A stretch of DNA of 34,399 nucleotides from the NCBI GenBank assembly GCA_041191425.1, contig JBEEOX010000001.1, positions 1 through 34,399 on the forward strand, written 5' to 3'. The DNA comes from Verrucomicrobiota bacterium. GTDB taxonomy: Bacteria > Verrucomicrobiota > Verrucomicrobiia > Verrucomicrobiales > Akkermansiaceae. Shown piece by piece: positions 19,693 through 28,493 of the stretch; position 1 is the stretch's first letter, and every line of letters starts with the position of its first letter. The position numbers and the translations under genes were made by a program. The notes below the pieces were generated by a model. That model ran no database searches, was not told where the DNA came from, and saw only the letters and a program-made list of their open reading frames with translations.

Positions 19693-20298
19693 ATGAAAAC
19701 AAAATCAAAATCGACAGTCGCAGACCTTGCGGCGCTGCGTGTGCCAAGCCGCTGGCGTTGGCATTATCGGCAATTGCAATCGTTGCGTGACATTCTTCTC
19801 GGCGAGGGTCGCAATCAATCAGCGGAGATCGTATTGCCGATCGAGCCTCACAGCATGGATCCGGCCGACAGCGCCAGCGATGAGTTTGATCACAATCTTG
19901 CGCTAGGGATGTTGTCTCACGAGCACGATGCGTTGTATGAAATTGATGCCGCGATGCGGCGGATCGTCGATGGTCGCTATGGCGTGTGCGAAGACACGGG
20001 TCGTGCGATCCCTGCGCAACGCTTGCGGGCCGTGCCGTGGACGCGATACACGCGCGAAGCGAAAGAATTGCGCGAGAGGCGAGAGGGCAAGGCACGGCGT
20101 GTTGCGATTGAAGCGCCAGGAAGCGTGCGCGGTGATGCCTCGGCGGCGATTGGCTCCGCGCCGGATCCCGAAGAGGAAGAGTTGATCACGCGCGAGCTAG
20201 ATCATCGCTTGTTTGATGAAGCGATGATGCGCTTCGAGGGTGGCGAGGAATGGAGCGAGCAGGGAGGAATTCGAATCGCAAGGGAGGAAAGATCATGA
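19693..20298 (+). CDS. TraR/DksA-family transcription factor with a degenerate Zn finger
   Basis: Coiled-coil tip DPADSASD, then LYEIDAAMRRI.DG.YGVCEDTG..IP..RL.AVPWTRYT. Start trimmed to MKTKSK. Confidence 0.85.
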   Translation: MKTKSKSTVADLAALRVPSRWRWHYRQLQSLRDILLGEGRNQSAEIVLPIEPHSMDPADSASDEFDHNLALGMLSHEHDALYEIDAAMRRIVDGRYGVCEDTGRAIPAQRLRAVPWTRYTREAKELRERREGKARRVAIEAPGSVRGDASAAIGSAPDPEEEELITRELDHRLFDEAMMRFEGGEEWSEQGGIRIAREERS

Positions 20299-20999
20299 AA
20301 AGCACGATGATAAAAGATGAGCTGGAGGCGCGCGAAGAGGAGGTCGCGATTGCCGTGGATGGGGTGGTGCTCGATGGGGATCTTGCGGTGCCCGCGAACG
20401 CGACGGGGATTGTGGTTTTCGCGCACGGCAGCGGCAGCAGTCGAATGAGTCCGCGCAACCGCGAAGTGGCTGAAACCATTCGCGAGAAAGGCATGGGCAC
20501 GCTGCTATTTGATTTGCTCACGGCCGACGAAGAACGTCTGGATGAATCCACGGGTGCGCTGCGTTTTGACATCCACATGTTGGCAACGCGCCTTGAGGGA
20601 GTGACGAACTGGTTGATTTCGCAACCCGAGTGGAAGCAGATGAAGATAGGCTTTTTCGGCGCGAGCACCGGTGCCGCGGCTGCTTTGGTGGCGGCGGCGC
20701 ATTTGGGCGATCGTGTGGCGGCGGTGGTCTCGCGGGGTGGTCGACCGGATCTGGCAAGCGGTGTGCTCGAGCAGCTGCGGTGTCCGACGCTTTTGATCGT
20801 TGGAGGTCTAGACGAGTTGGTGCTGCGTCTCAACGAAGATGCGCGCGCGGAAATGGTTTGCGAAACCGAGCTTCGCATCGTTCCGGGTGCCACGCATCTT
20901 TTCAGCGAACCAGGCAAACTTGAGCAGGTGGCCAACTTGAGCGCGCGCTGGTTCGAAAAACATATGTCGGGAAGCGCGAAGGAAAGGGGTGACGCGTGA
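20295..20999 (+). CDS. Dienelactone hydrolase-like alpha/beta hydrolase
   Basis: VFAHGSGSSRMSPRN, GFFGASTGAAAAL (GxSxG), VSRGGRPDLA and VPGATHLF.EPG. ATGA overlap with the upstream gene. Confidence 0.9.
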   Translation: MKSTMIKDELEAREEEVAIAVDGVVLDGDLAVPANATGIVVFAHGSGSSRMSPRNREVAETIREKGMGTLLFDLLTADEERLDESTGALRFDIHMLATRLEGVTNWLISQPEWKQMKIGFFGASTGAAAALVAAAHLGDRVAAVVSRGGRPDLASGVLEQLRCPTLLIVGGLDELVLRLNEDARAEMVCETELRIVPGATHLFSEPGKLEQVANLSARWFEKHMSGSAKERGDA

Positions 21000-21658
21000 G
21001 GGGATCTGCTTACAAGGATCGCTTTGAAGCAGGCCGCTTGCTCGCCGATGAATTGGTGGAGTATGCAAATGACAAAAATGTCATCGTACTTGGTCTGCCG
21101 CGCGGCGGCGTGCCGGTCGCGAGCGAGGTGGCGAAAAAAATTCATGTGCCACTCGATGTGATGGTGGTGCGAAAACTTGGCGTGCCCGGTTGGGAAGAAC
21201 TGGCGATGGGTGCAATCGCCAGTGGTGGCGTGCGGGTGCTCAATGATGAGGTGATCCGAAGCCTTCACATTTCCCAAAAGGCGCTTGAGAACGAAATCGG
21301 CATCGAGCTGAAAGAATTGCATCGTCGCGAATTGGCGTATCGGGGACATGTCGGTGCGCCCGCAGTGAAAGGCCGCACGGTTTTGTTGATCGACGATGGC
21401 ATTGCGACGGGCTCCACCATGCGCGCGGCGATTGATGCGTTGCGTCAACAGGGAGCGGCGCGCATCGTCGCGGCAGTGCCCGTCGCGGCTGCCGACACAT
21501 GCATCGAGATGGAGCCGATGGTCGACCGCTTGGTGGCATTGATGAAACCCGAGGTCTTCGGCGCGGTGGGCCATTGGTACGAGCGATTTCCGCAGGTTGA
21601 TGACGCGGAGGTTCGGTCCCTGCTTGAGCAGGCGGCAGAGCCGGCGCATGCCGGATGA
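20996..21658 (+). CDS. Phosphoribosyltransferase family protein
   Basis: DR.EAGR.LA, LGLPRGGVPVA, RKLGVPG.EELAMGAI, PRPP loop LIDDGIATGST and AVG.WY..F.QV.D.EV. GTGA overlap with the upstream gene. Confidence 0.92.
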   Translation: MRGSAYKDRFEAGRLLADELVEYANDKNVIVLGLPRGGVPVASEVAKKIHVPLDVMVVRKLGVPGWEELAMGAIASGGVRVLNDEVIRSLHISQKALENEIGIELKELHRRELAYRGHVGAPAVKGRTVLLIDDGIATGSTMRAAIDALRQQGAARIVAAVPVAAADTCIEMEPMVDRLVALMKPEVFGAVGHWYERFPQVDDAEVRSLLEQAAEPAHAG

Positions 21659-21778
21659 TTTCGCGGAGCGCATCATCTGAACCGCTTGGCTGCCCGAAGT
21701 CCTTGCATGCGTTCCCGCGCGTGCTAATCAATGGGTCGGATGCCTGCGACAATTTCACAAAGCTCGCCCGCCTTTGGA

Positions 21779-23188
21779 ATGAGGCTCATGGCGTTGTGGA
21801 TGCTGCTTGGCTTGATCATGCCACTGTGCGCCGAGGAGACACCACCGGTGGCGAAGGTTGTCGAGCCACCGGCAGATGCGCCCGCCGTTGGTCCCGATCA
21901 GGTGCTGAGCCGTAGCAAGCAATTTCGCGTGACCGGCGGTGATGGCCTGGTGCGTGGATCAGTCGCCATGTTGGCGGAGGAATCAAAGGACGAATTGCTC
22001 AAGCTCACGGGTGAGGAGGACACTTGGAAAATTCCGGTGAAGGTGGCTCTGAGTGGCAAGTCGGGCGATCCCTTGCCGCCGCGCACGGTGAGCATGCGCT
22101 TGTGGATTCTTGAAGGAATGCCGCAGTTGCAGATCGATGTGCACCTGAGCCGTGGCATTGATCAGGAACGCTTCAAGCGCGCGGTGACGGCGGCGATGCT
22201 TTACGAGCGGGTTTTGCGTGATCGCAGTGGCGATGCGTTGGATCATCCGTTTTTTGTTCCACCATGGCTTGCCGACGGTTTGCGCGAGGCCACTTCGTGG
22301 AATCTCAATCTTAGCGATCGGCGTTTGTACGAGGCGCTCTTCAAACAGGGTGGCTTGTTCAAGATTGAGGAAATGTTCGCAGTCGGTGAGAAGGTGTTTG
22401 AGGAAATGGACGCCGCGATGCACGCCGCGTTTCGCGTTTCGTCAGGCGCGATGGTGATGGCCTTGCTGGAGCAACCGCAGGGGCGTGAAGGGTTTCGCGT
22501 GTTTTTGAACGAAGTCGGCGCTTACGAGGGCGAAATGCCGGTCTTGCTGCGCAAACATTTTCCCGAACTCAACCTTTCCAGCACGAGTCTTGCGAAATGG
22601 TGGGCGCTGCAAATGGCCAACAAGGGCGGACTCAATCAGCTCAGCGATGTGCTGACGATTCGTCAGACTGAAGCCAGCCTGGTGGAAATCCTTCAACTCA
22701 ACTTCCGCGATGCTGAGGGCATCGTGCAGCAGAAGCCGATCGATGCGTGGCCTGAACTTGCCGAGCTTGAGGAAGGCGAGCGTGTGGTGGCAGCGCGCCC
22801 CGCGGCCGAGGCCTTGGTGAGATTGAGCTATCGCTGCTTTCCGTCCTACCGACCTTTGCTGCAGGAGTATCAGCAAGTGCTCGATGCAATTTCAAAAAAC
22901 CAGACGAACGATGTTGCGACGCGTCTCGCTGCATTAGACGAAACCCGCAAGACAATGATCGAGCGCGCCGACCGCGGACGTGATTACCTCGATTGGTTTG
23001 AAATTACTCGTGCGAAGCAGATCAGCGGCGTGTTCGATGATTACCTCGAGCTAAAAGAGCGCTTGAAGGATCGTTCGCATCGTCGCAAGGATTCGATTTC
23101 CGATTACCTCGATCGGATGGATCGCATCTTTTATCGCGAGATAGAAGCGCCGTTGCCAGGTGGTGATTTCACATTTCCCGGCGAGTGA
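21779..23188 (+). CDS. Hypothetical exported protein (degenerate peptidase-MA-like)
   Basis: Signal peptide MRLMALWMLLGLIMPLCA and a PPWLADGL motif, but no HExxH. Codon usage is host-like. The start is uncertain (21731, 21779 or 21788). Confidence 0.7.
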   Translation: MRLMALWMLLGLIMPLCAEETPPVAKVVEPPADAPAVGPDQVLSRSKQFRVTGGDGLVRGSVAMLAEESKDELLKLTGEEDTWKIPVKVALSGKSGDPLPPRTVSMRLWILEGMPQLQIDVHLSRGIDQERFKRAVTAAMLYERVLRDRSGDALDHPFFVPPWLADGLREATSWNLNLSDRRLYEALFKQGGLFKIEEMFAVGEKVFEEMDAAMHAAFRVSSGAMVMALLEQPQGREGFRVFLNEVGAYEGEMPVLLRKHFPELNLSSTSLAKWWALQMANKGGLNQLSDVLTIRQTEASLVEILQLNFRDAEGIVQQKPIDAWPELAELEEGERVVAARPAAEALVRLSYRCFPSYRPLLQEYQQVLDAISKNQTNDVATRLAALDETRKTMIERADRGRDYLDWFEITRAKQISGVFDDYLELKERLKDRSHRRKDSISDYLDRMDRIFYREIEAPLPGGDFTFPGE

Positions 23189-23196
23189 TTCAATGA

Positions 23197-26025
23197 TCAG
23201 GCCTGCAGAAGTGATGCCGCCTTCGCTTTGATTTCGGCGAGCTTCTCTCTTTGTGGTGCTGCGCCGCGTGCTTGATCCGGCTTACCGCCGCCTTTACCGC
23301 CAGCGATGGCAGCAAGGTCGCGGAGCAGGTCGCCGGCTTTGAGTCCTGCGGCAATCGCCTCGGCACCGCAGTGGGTCGCGAGGTGGAGCTTTTCTCCGTC
23401 GTCGACGACTAGGAGTGCGGCTTTGGCGAAATTCTTTTTCTTGAGACCGTTTTGAAGTTCTTGGAGCAGTGAGGCATCGGATTCGAACGAGACGATGATC
23501 GGCTCGCCTTTGGCGATGAGCTCGGCGAGCGCTTCGTCGGCAAGCTTGGCGGCCTGCGACGATTGGATTTTCTTGATACGCTTCTCGGCTTCGATCGCGG
23601 CTTGTTGGGTTTCTTCGAGCGTGCGTTGACCGTGGGCGAAGGTGGCGTTGATCTGTGAGATATCGGCGCGTTCGGCGAGCATCGCTGCCATGATGTGCGG
23701 AAAGTCATTCACGGTCACCGCGGCTTCGCCGAGGGCGGCGAGTTTTTCGTTGGCGGCGGTGAGTTTCGCGCGAGCAGCCTTGAGTTCTTGATCCCATTTC
23801 TCGACTGATTCATTGAGGTGTGCCCATGCGGCATCACCGCAGACAGCCTCGATGCGACGGACACCGGAGGCGATGGCGCCTTCGGATTTGATTTTGAAAA
23901 TTCCAATGTCGGCAGTGTTGCGAACATGCGTGCCACCGCAGAGTTCTTGAGAGTAGCCATTGAGTTCGTGATCTTTGCCTCCGATCTGCACGACGCGAAC
24001 GATGTCGCCGTACTTGTCGCCGAAGAATTGCATGATGTCGGCGCGGCTCTTGATGTCGGCGTGTTTGACCTCGGTCCATGAAACCGAATTGCTGGACTTG
24101 ATGGCGGTGTTCACCATCTCCTCCATCTTTGCGATTTGCTCGGGAGAAACTGGCGCGCTGTTGAAGTCGAAGCGCAGGCGGTTTTCATCGACTGATGAGC
24201 CTTGTTGTGCGGCATCTTTGGAAACAACCTCGTGCAGCGCCCAATGCAGTAGGTGAGTGGCGCTGTGATGAGCTTCGATCGGACGACGGCGAGCGGTGTC
24301 GATCTTGAGAACAACCTTGTCGCCGACTTTGATTTCGCTGGATGCGTTGATGATAATCGCGCGGGCCTTGCCGATTTGCTGGACGCCTGTGACTTGGATT
24401 TGGTCTTGGCGGTTGGAAACCGCCGCCACGGTTCCTGTGTCACCGCTTTGTCCGCCCATTTCAGCGTAGAAGGGAGTCTTGTCGGTGATGATGAAAAGCG
24501 AATCGTCCTGCGGGTGAATTTCCAGCACGGTGGCCTCGCATTCGTCTGCATCGAAACCGACAAATTCAGTGACGGCGTTCGTGGAGATATCGAGTGCGCG
24601 CACGACTGTCGATTTTTTCGCGGCGCGGGAGCGTTCCTGTTGTTGCTCCATGAGTGACTCGAAGCGCAGCATGTCGACCTTGAGTCCGCGCTCGGCGCAA
24701 AGCAACTCGGTGAGATCGATTGGAAAGCCAAAGGTATCGTAGAGTTCGAATGCGATGTCGCCGGGGAACATTTCCTTTTTGATTTCGCCCAACGCTTCTT
24801 CGAAGCGTTTGAGTCCACGGTCTAGGGTTTGGTTGAAGCTTGCCTCCTCTTGCTCGAGCGTTTGGCGGATGACCGACTCGCGGGTTTTGAGTTCCGGGAA
24901 GACGCTGCCCATTTGGGCGACGAGAGTTTCGACCAATGCGCCGAAGAATGGCTTGTCGCCGGAGAAGCCGAGTTGGCGTCCGTAACGAACTGCGCGGCGC
25001 AGGATTCTACGAAGGACATAGTTTCTGCCATTGTTGCCGGGCATGATGCCATCGGCGATCGAGAAACTCAGTGTGCGGAGGTGGTCGGCGATCACGCGGA
25101 AGGCGATCGCGGTTTTCATTTCCTCGTTGAATGCCGATCGGTCGGCGCCGAGCTCGGGGTAAATGTTCACGTAGCTCTTGCCGCTGAGTTCTTCGAGCTT
25201 GCGGAAGATCGGGGTGAAAACATCGGTAGCGTAGTTCGAGGGCTTTTTGGAAAAGTCCGTGAATCCCTTGGTATTTTGGATGATCGAGCAGGCGCGCTCG
25301 AAGCCCATGCCGGTGTCGACATGCTTGGCGGGAAGTTCGCGGAATGTGCCATCGGCTTCAGCGTTGTATTGAATGAAGACGAGGTTCCAAATCTCGATGC
25401 AGAGGTCGGAGTCGTTGTTGACGAGCTTGCCTTGCGAGTCGCCGTTAGGGGTGAGGTCGACATGGAGTTCCGAGCATGGACCGCAGGGGCCGGTCTCGCC
25501 CATCATCCAGAAGTTGTCCTTCACGTTGCCATTTACGATGTGTATCGTAGGATCGCAGCCTTTCGAGCGGAAGAGTGCGGCCCAGACATCCCATGCCTCT
25601 TGATCGAACTCGCCCGGGTCGCCGGGTTTTGGTGCGTAGACCGATGCGTAGAGGCGGCTGGCGGGAAGTCCCCAGCGCTCAACGACAAGTTCCCATGCCC
25701 ATTGGATCGCTTCGGTTTTGAAATAATTTCCAAACGACCAGTTTCCGAGCATTTCGAAAAAAGTGTGGTGGTAGGTGTCGTAGCCAACATCCTCGAGGTC
25801 GTTGTGCTTGCCGCCAGCGCGGATGCACTTCTGCGTGTCGGCGGCGCGCGGTGGATCGTAGGGGGCCTTTTCCACGCCGAGGAAATAGGGCACGAAGGGA
25901 TTCATGCCGGCGTTGGTGAAGAGCAGTCCGGGCGACTGCGGAAGCAGCGAGGCCGAGGGCACGATGCTGTGTTGTTTCTCGCGGAAGAAATCGAGGAATG
26001 AGTTGCGGATCTCGGCGGCGGTCAT
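23197..26025 (-). CDS. alaS: Alanine--tRNA ligase
   Basis: LLFTNAGM, QKCIRAGGKHNDL, FEMLGNWSFG, GPCGPCSE, IEIWNLVF, DTGMGFER, editing HSATH and ELCGGTHV, and C-terminal GGKGGG. Start trimmed to MTAAEIR. Confidence 0.98.
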   Translation of the reverse strand: MTAAEIRNSFLDFFREKQHSIVPSASLLPQSPGLLFTNAGMNPFVPYFLGVEKAPYDPPRAADTQKCIRAGGKHNDLEDVGYDTYHHTFFEMLGNWSFGNYFKTEAIQWAWELVVERWGLPASRLYASVYAPKPGDPGEFDQEAWDVWAALFRSKGCDPTIHIVNGNVKDNFWMMGETGPCGPCSELHVDLTPNGDSQGKLVNNDSDLCIEIWNLVFIQYNAEADGTFRELPAKHVDTGMGFERACSIIQNTKGFTDFSKKPSNYATDVFTPIFRKLEELSGKSYVNIYPELGADRSAFNEEMKTAIAFRVIADHLRTLSFSIADGIMPGNNGRNYVLRRILRRAVRYGRQLGFSGDKPFFGALVETLVAQMGSVFPELKTRESVIRQTLEQEEASFNQTLDRGLKRFEEALGEIKKEMFPGDIAFELYDTFGFPIDLTELLCAERGLKVDMLRFESLMEQQQERSRAAKKSTVVRALDISTNAVTEFVGFDADECEATVLEIHPQDDSLFIITDKTPFYAEMGGQSGDTGTVAAVSNRQDQIQVTGVQQIGKARAIIINASSEIKVGDKVVLKIDTARRRPIEAHHSATHLLHWALHEVVSKDAAQQGSSVDENRLRFDFNSAPVSPEQIAKMEEMVNTAIKSSNSVSWTEVKHADIKSRADIMQFFGDKYGDIVRVVQIGGKDHELNGYSQELCGGTHVRNTADIGIFKIKSEGAIASGVRRIEAVCGDAAWAHLNESVEKWDQELKAARAKLTAANEKLAALGEAAVTVNDFPHIMAAMLAERADISQINATFAHGQRTLEETQQAAIEAEKRIKKIQSSQAAKLADEALAELIAKGEPIIVSFESDASLLQELQNGLKKKNFAKAALLVVDDGEKLHLATHCGAEAIAAGLKAGDLLRDLAAIAGGKGGGKPDQARGAAPQREKLAEIKAKAASLLQA

Positions 26026-26110
26026 GGGGGTGCGCAATAGGTGCGGGTGAAGGCCGCGGAGCTTGGGCGAGCGCGCGGGTGAAGTAAAGCCCGGGAGGCG
26101 CGGTGCCGTG

Positions 26111-27211
26111 CTACGGATTCAGCTTTGCCAAAGCCTTCGGCAGGAAGATGCCGTTTTTGCGGATCAGCTTGCCGTCGAAGTAAATTTCGCCACCGCCGTA
26201 GTCCTTGCGCTGGATGTTGACCATGTCCCAGTGCACTTGCGAGCGGTTGCCGTTGTCGGCGTCCTCGTAGGCCTGACCGGGAGTGAAGTGGAAGGATCCG
26301 GCGATTTTCTCGTCGAATAGAATGTCGCGCATCGGCTCGCGGATCATCGGGTGGAAGCCGAGGGCAAACTCGCCGATGTAGCGGGCGCCGTCATCGCTAT
26401 CGAGGATGCGGTTGAGCGCTTTGGTTTTCGCACCAGCTTCGGCTTTGATGATTTTGCCTTTTGAAAATTCAAGTCGGATCGCATCGAAGGGGATGCCTTG
26501 ATAAATCGTTGGCGCGTTGTAGCTGATGAATCCTTCGACCGAGTCGCGCACAGGTGCGGTGAAAACCTCACCATCGGGGATGTTGTAATTGCCGCCGCAG
26601 ACGATCGAGTTGATGCCTTTGATGGAAAATCGCAGATCGGTGCCGGGGCCTTTGATTTCCACCTTATCGGTGCGATCCATGAGTTTCTTGAGCGCCTTCA
26701 TCGATGGCAGCAGCGCCTTGTAATTGAGCAAACAAGTCTTGAAGTAAAAATCCTCGAATGCCTCGGTGCTCATGCCGGCTTGTTGCGCCATCGATGACGA
26801 GGGCCAGCGCAGCACGCACCACTTGGTTTTTTTGACCCGATGATCCAGCACCGGGCGCATGTGCTTCATGGCCAGACGCATGCGGTCGGATGGGACATCG
26901 GAATTTTCCGCAATGTTGTGACCGCCGCGCAGCGCGATGTAAGCATCCATGTCCTTCATCTCCGCCAGCAGGTGTTTGGCGATGATGCCGTATTGTGTAT
27001 CGTCGGCACCTAGCAGCATCTCGCGAGAAAGCCTGCCGTGGTGAACACGCAGGATCGGAGTCGCTCCGCAAGCGCGGGCCTCACGAATCAATGCTAGGCC
27101 GATCGAATCCGGCACATCATGGAGATCGAGGAGAACCTTGTCGCCCTTCTTGAGTGAGGTCGAATAGCGGACAAGTTGTCGGGCAAGTGCGTCGATGCGG
27201 GAGTCGTGCAT
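26111..27211 (-). CDS. Aminopeptidase, M29 family (AmpS/AmpT/PepS-like)
   Basis: [39 protein letters not shown] and NRSQVHWDM. Confidence 0.93.
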   Translation of the reverse strand: MHDSRIDALARQLVRYSTSLKKGDKVLLDLHDVPDSIGLALIREARACGATPILRVHHGRLSREMLLGADDTQYGIIAKHLLAEMKDMDAYIALRGGHNIAENSDVPSDRMRLAMKHMRPVLDHRVKKTKWCVLRWPSSSMAQQAGMSTEAFEDFYFKTCLLNYKALLPSMKALKKLMDRTDKVEIKGPGTDLRFSIKGINSIVCGGNYNIPDGEVFTAPVRDSVEGFISYNAPTIYQGIPFDAIRLEFSKGKIIKAEAGAKTKALNRILDSDDGARYIGEFALGFHPMIREPMRDILFDEKIAGSFHFTPGQAYEDADNGNRSQVHWDMVNIQRKDYGGGEIYFDGKLIRKNGIFLPKALAKLNP

Positions 27212-27232
27212 GGGATCTTTGATAAAGCGGCG

Positions 27233-27273
27233 GTTTCAGGTTTCAAGTTTTCAGTGGGATGGGTGACTGAAAA
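27233..27273. repeat. Short heptamer repeat run (GTTTCAG/GTTTCAA) of the same family as 16038 and 28265
   Basis: GTTTCAG GTTTCAA GTTTTCAG followed by the inverted CTGAAAA. Confidence 0.55.
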
Positions 27274-27306
27274 ACACTTTGCCTGCCGAGTGATCCGATT
27301 TACACC

Positions 27307-27879
27307 ATGCGCATGGTGCTGGGCATACTGGGTTCTGGGTCGGGTTCGAACATGCAGGCGATCTTTGATGCGATTGATGCGGGCGAGCTTGATGCGCGGA
27401 TCGCCTTGGTGCTTTCCGACAAGCCGGATGCTTTCATCTTGGAACGCGCGCGAAAGCGGGGGATTGAGACGGGGGTAATCGATTGCCGTGGTTATGCCAC
27501 GAGATTTCCCGAGGAGGCGCAGCAGGAAACAGCGGAGCGACTCAAGGCCGCGGGTGTCGAGTTGGTGTGCTTGGCGGGATTCTTGCGTTTGGTGAAGCGA
27601 CCTTTGCTCGATGCTTTTCCGCAGCGGATTCTGAACATTCATCCATCGCTGTTGCCGGCGTTTCCCGGACTTGAATCATGGAAGCAAGCACTCGATGCAG
27701 GCGTGAGCGAAACCGGTTGCACGGTGCACTATGTCGATGAGGGCATGGACACGGGTCCGATCATTTTGCAGGAACGCGTGCCTGTTTTGCCTGACGATAG
27801 CGCTGAGTCACTTCACGCGCGCATCCAAGTGGTCGAACATCGCCTGTATCCCGAGGCGATTCGAAAAATTGCCAAGTAA
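27307..27879 (+). CDS. purN: Phosphoribosylglycinamide formyltransferase
   Basis: GSGSGSNMQAI, LAGFLR, NIHPSLLPAFPG, GCTVHYVDEGMDTGPII and EHRLYP. Confidence 0.97.
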   Translation: MRMVLGILGSGSGSNMQAIFDAIDAGELDARIALVLSDKPDAFILERARKRGIETGVIDCRGYATRFPEEAQQETAERLKAAGVELVCLAGFLRLVKRPLLDAFPQRILNIHPSLLPAFPGLESWKQALDAGVSETGCTVHYVDEGMDTGPIILQERVPVLPDDSAESLHARIQVVEHRLYPEAIRKIAK

Positions 27880-27885
27880 GACGAA

Positions 27886-28251
27886 TCATTCGAGTCCGCG
27901 CTCTGCGACTTCGTCTTCGTCCCAGCCGAGGTAGTGGCCGAGCTCGTGAAGGAAAGTCGTGCCGACTTCATCGCGAAAATCCTGCTCGTCGCGATCGGCC
28001 CATTCCCAGAGGTTGCCGAGAAAGAGGCGGATGCGCGGGAGATCGGATGGATCGGCTTCTTCGTAAATCGGCGGACCTTCAAAAAGTCCCAGTTCGTCGC
28101 CAACGAGCTCATGATCGAAGGGCCCGCTACCGGGTTTTTCCTCCATCGAAACAGGCAGTGAAGTGGCAGCCTCGCGGACATCATCGGGCAGCGCGCGAAG
28201 CAAGGCTTGAATCTCTTCTTCTGCCCATTGCTGGAGGGTTTTTGGGGTCAT
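27886..28251 (-). CDS. Minimal zincin-like metallopeptidase (Zincin_1/DUF1025-like)
   Basis: LGLFEG, PRIRLF..NL and V..T.LHELGHYLG.DEDEV..RGL (HExxH). Start trimmed to MTPKT. Confidence 0.88.
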   Translation of the reverse strand: MTPKTLQQWAEEEIQALLRALPDDVREAATSLPVSMEEKPGSGPFDHELVGDELGLFEGPPIYEEADPSDLPRIRLFLGNLWEWADRDEQDFRDEVGTTFLHELGHYLGWDEDEVAERGLE

Positions 28252-28264
28252 GGAGTTGGGGTAG

Positions 28265-28419
28265 AGTTTCAAGGTTCAAGTTTCAAGTGTGAAGAAGACA
28301 GAAGACTTGAAGACGGAAGATGAAGATGCCGCTTCTTTATGGTCACTGATCGTCCTAACAATTCATCTCTAACTTTTTTCTCTGCGTCCCTTCGCGACCT
28401 TGGCGCTTTTGCGGTAAAT
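28265..28419. repeat. Third mosaic repeat cluster, sharing modules with 16038-16094 and 13058-13097
   Basis: 28265-28319 begins with the same 16 nt (AGTTTCAAGGTTCAAG) and ends with a similar AAGACAGAA.ACTTGAAGAC.GAAG as 16038-16094. The reverse complement of 28380-28419 matches 13058-13097 at 32/40. Confidence 0.8.
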
Positions 28420-28493
28420 CTTTCTGAGGTATCTGCGCTGTGAGACCCGCAGAGAAGGCTTGGCATCATTTGGTAGGCCCTTAGCTTGTTGGC

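Noticed and set aside
20186-26001. Long antisense ORFs (for example 20186-21676 and 24829-26001)
   Set aside because: They lie opposite well-supported genes, show no motifs, and are expected in GC-rich DNA.
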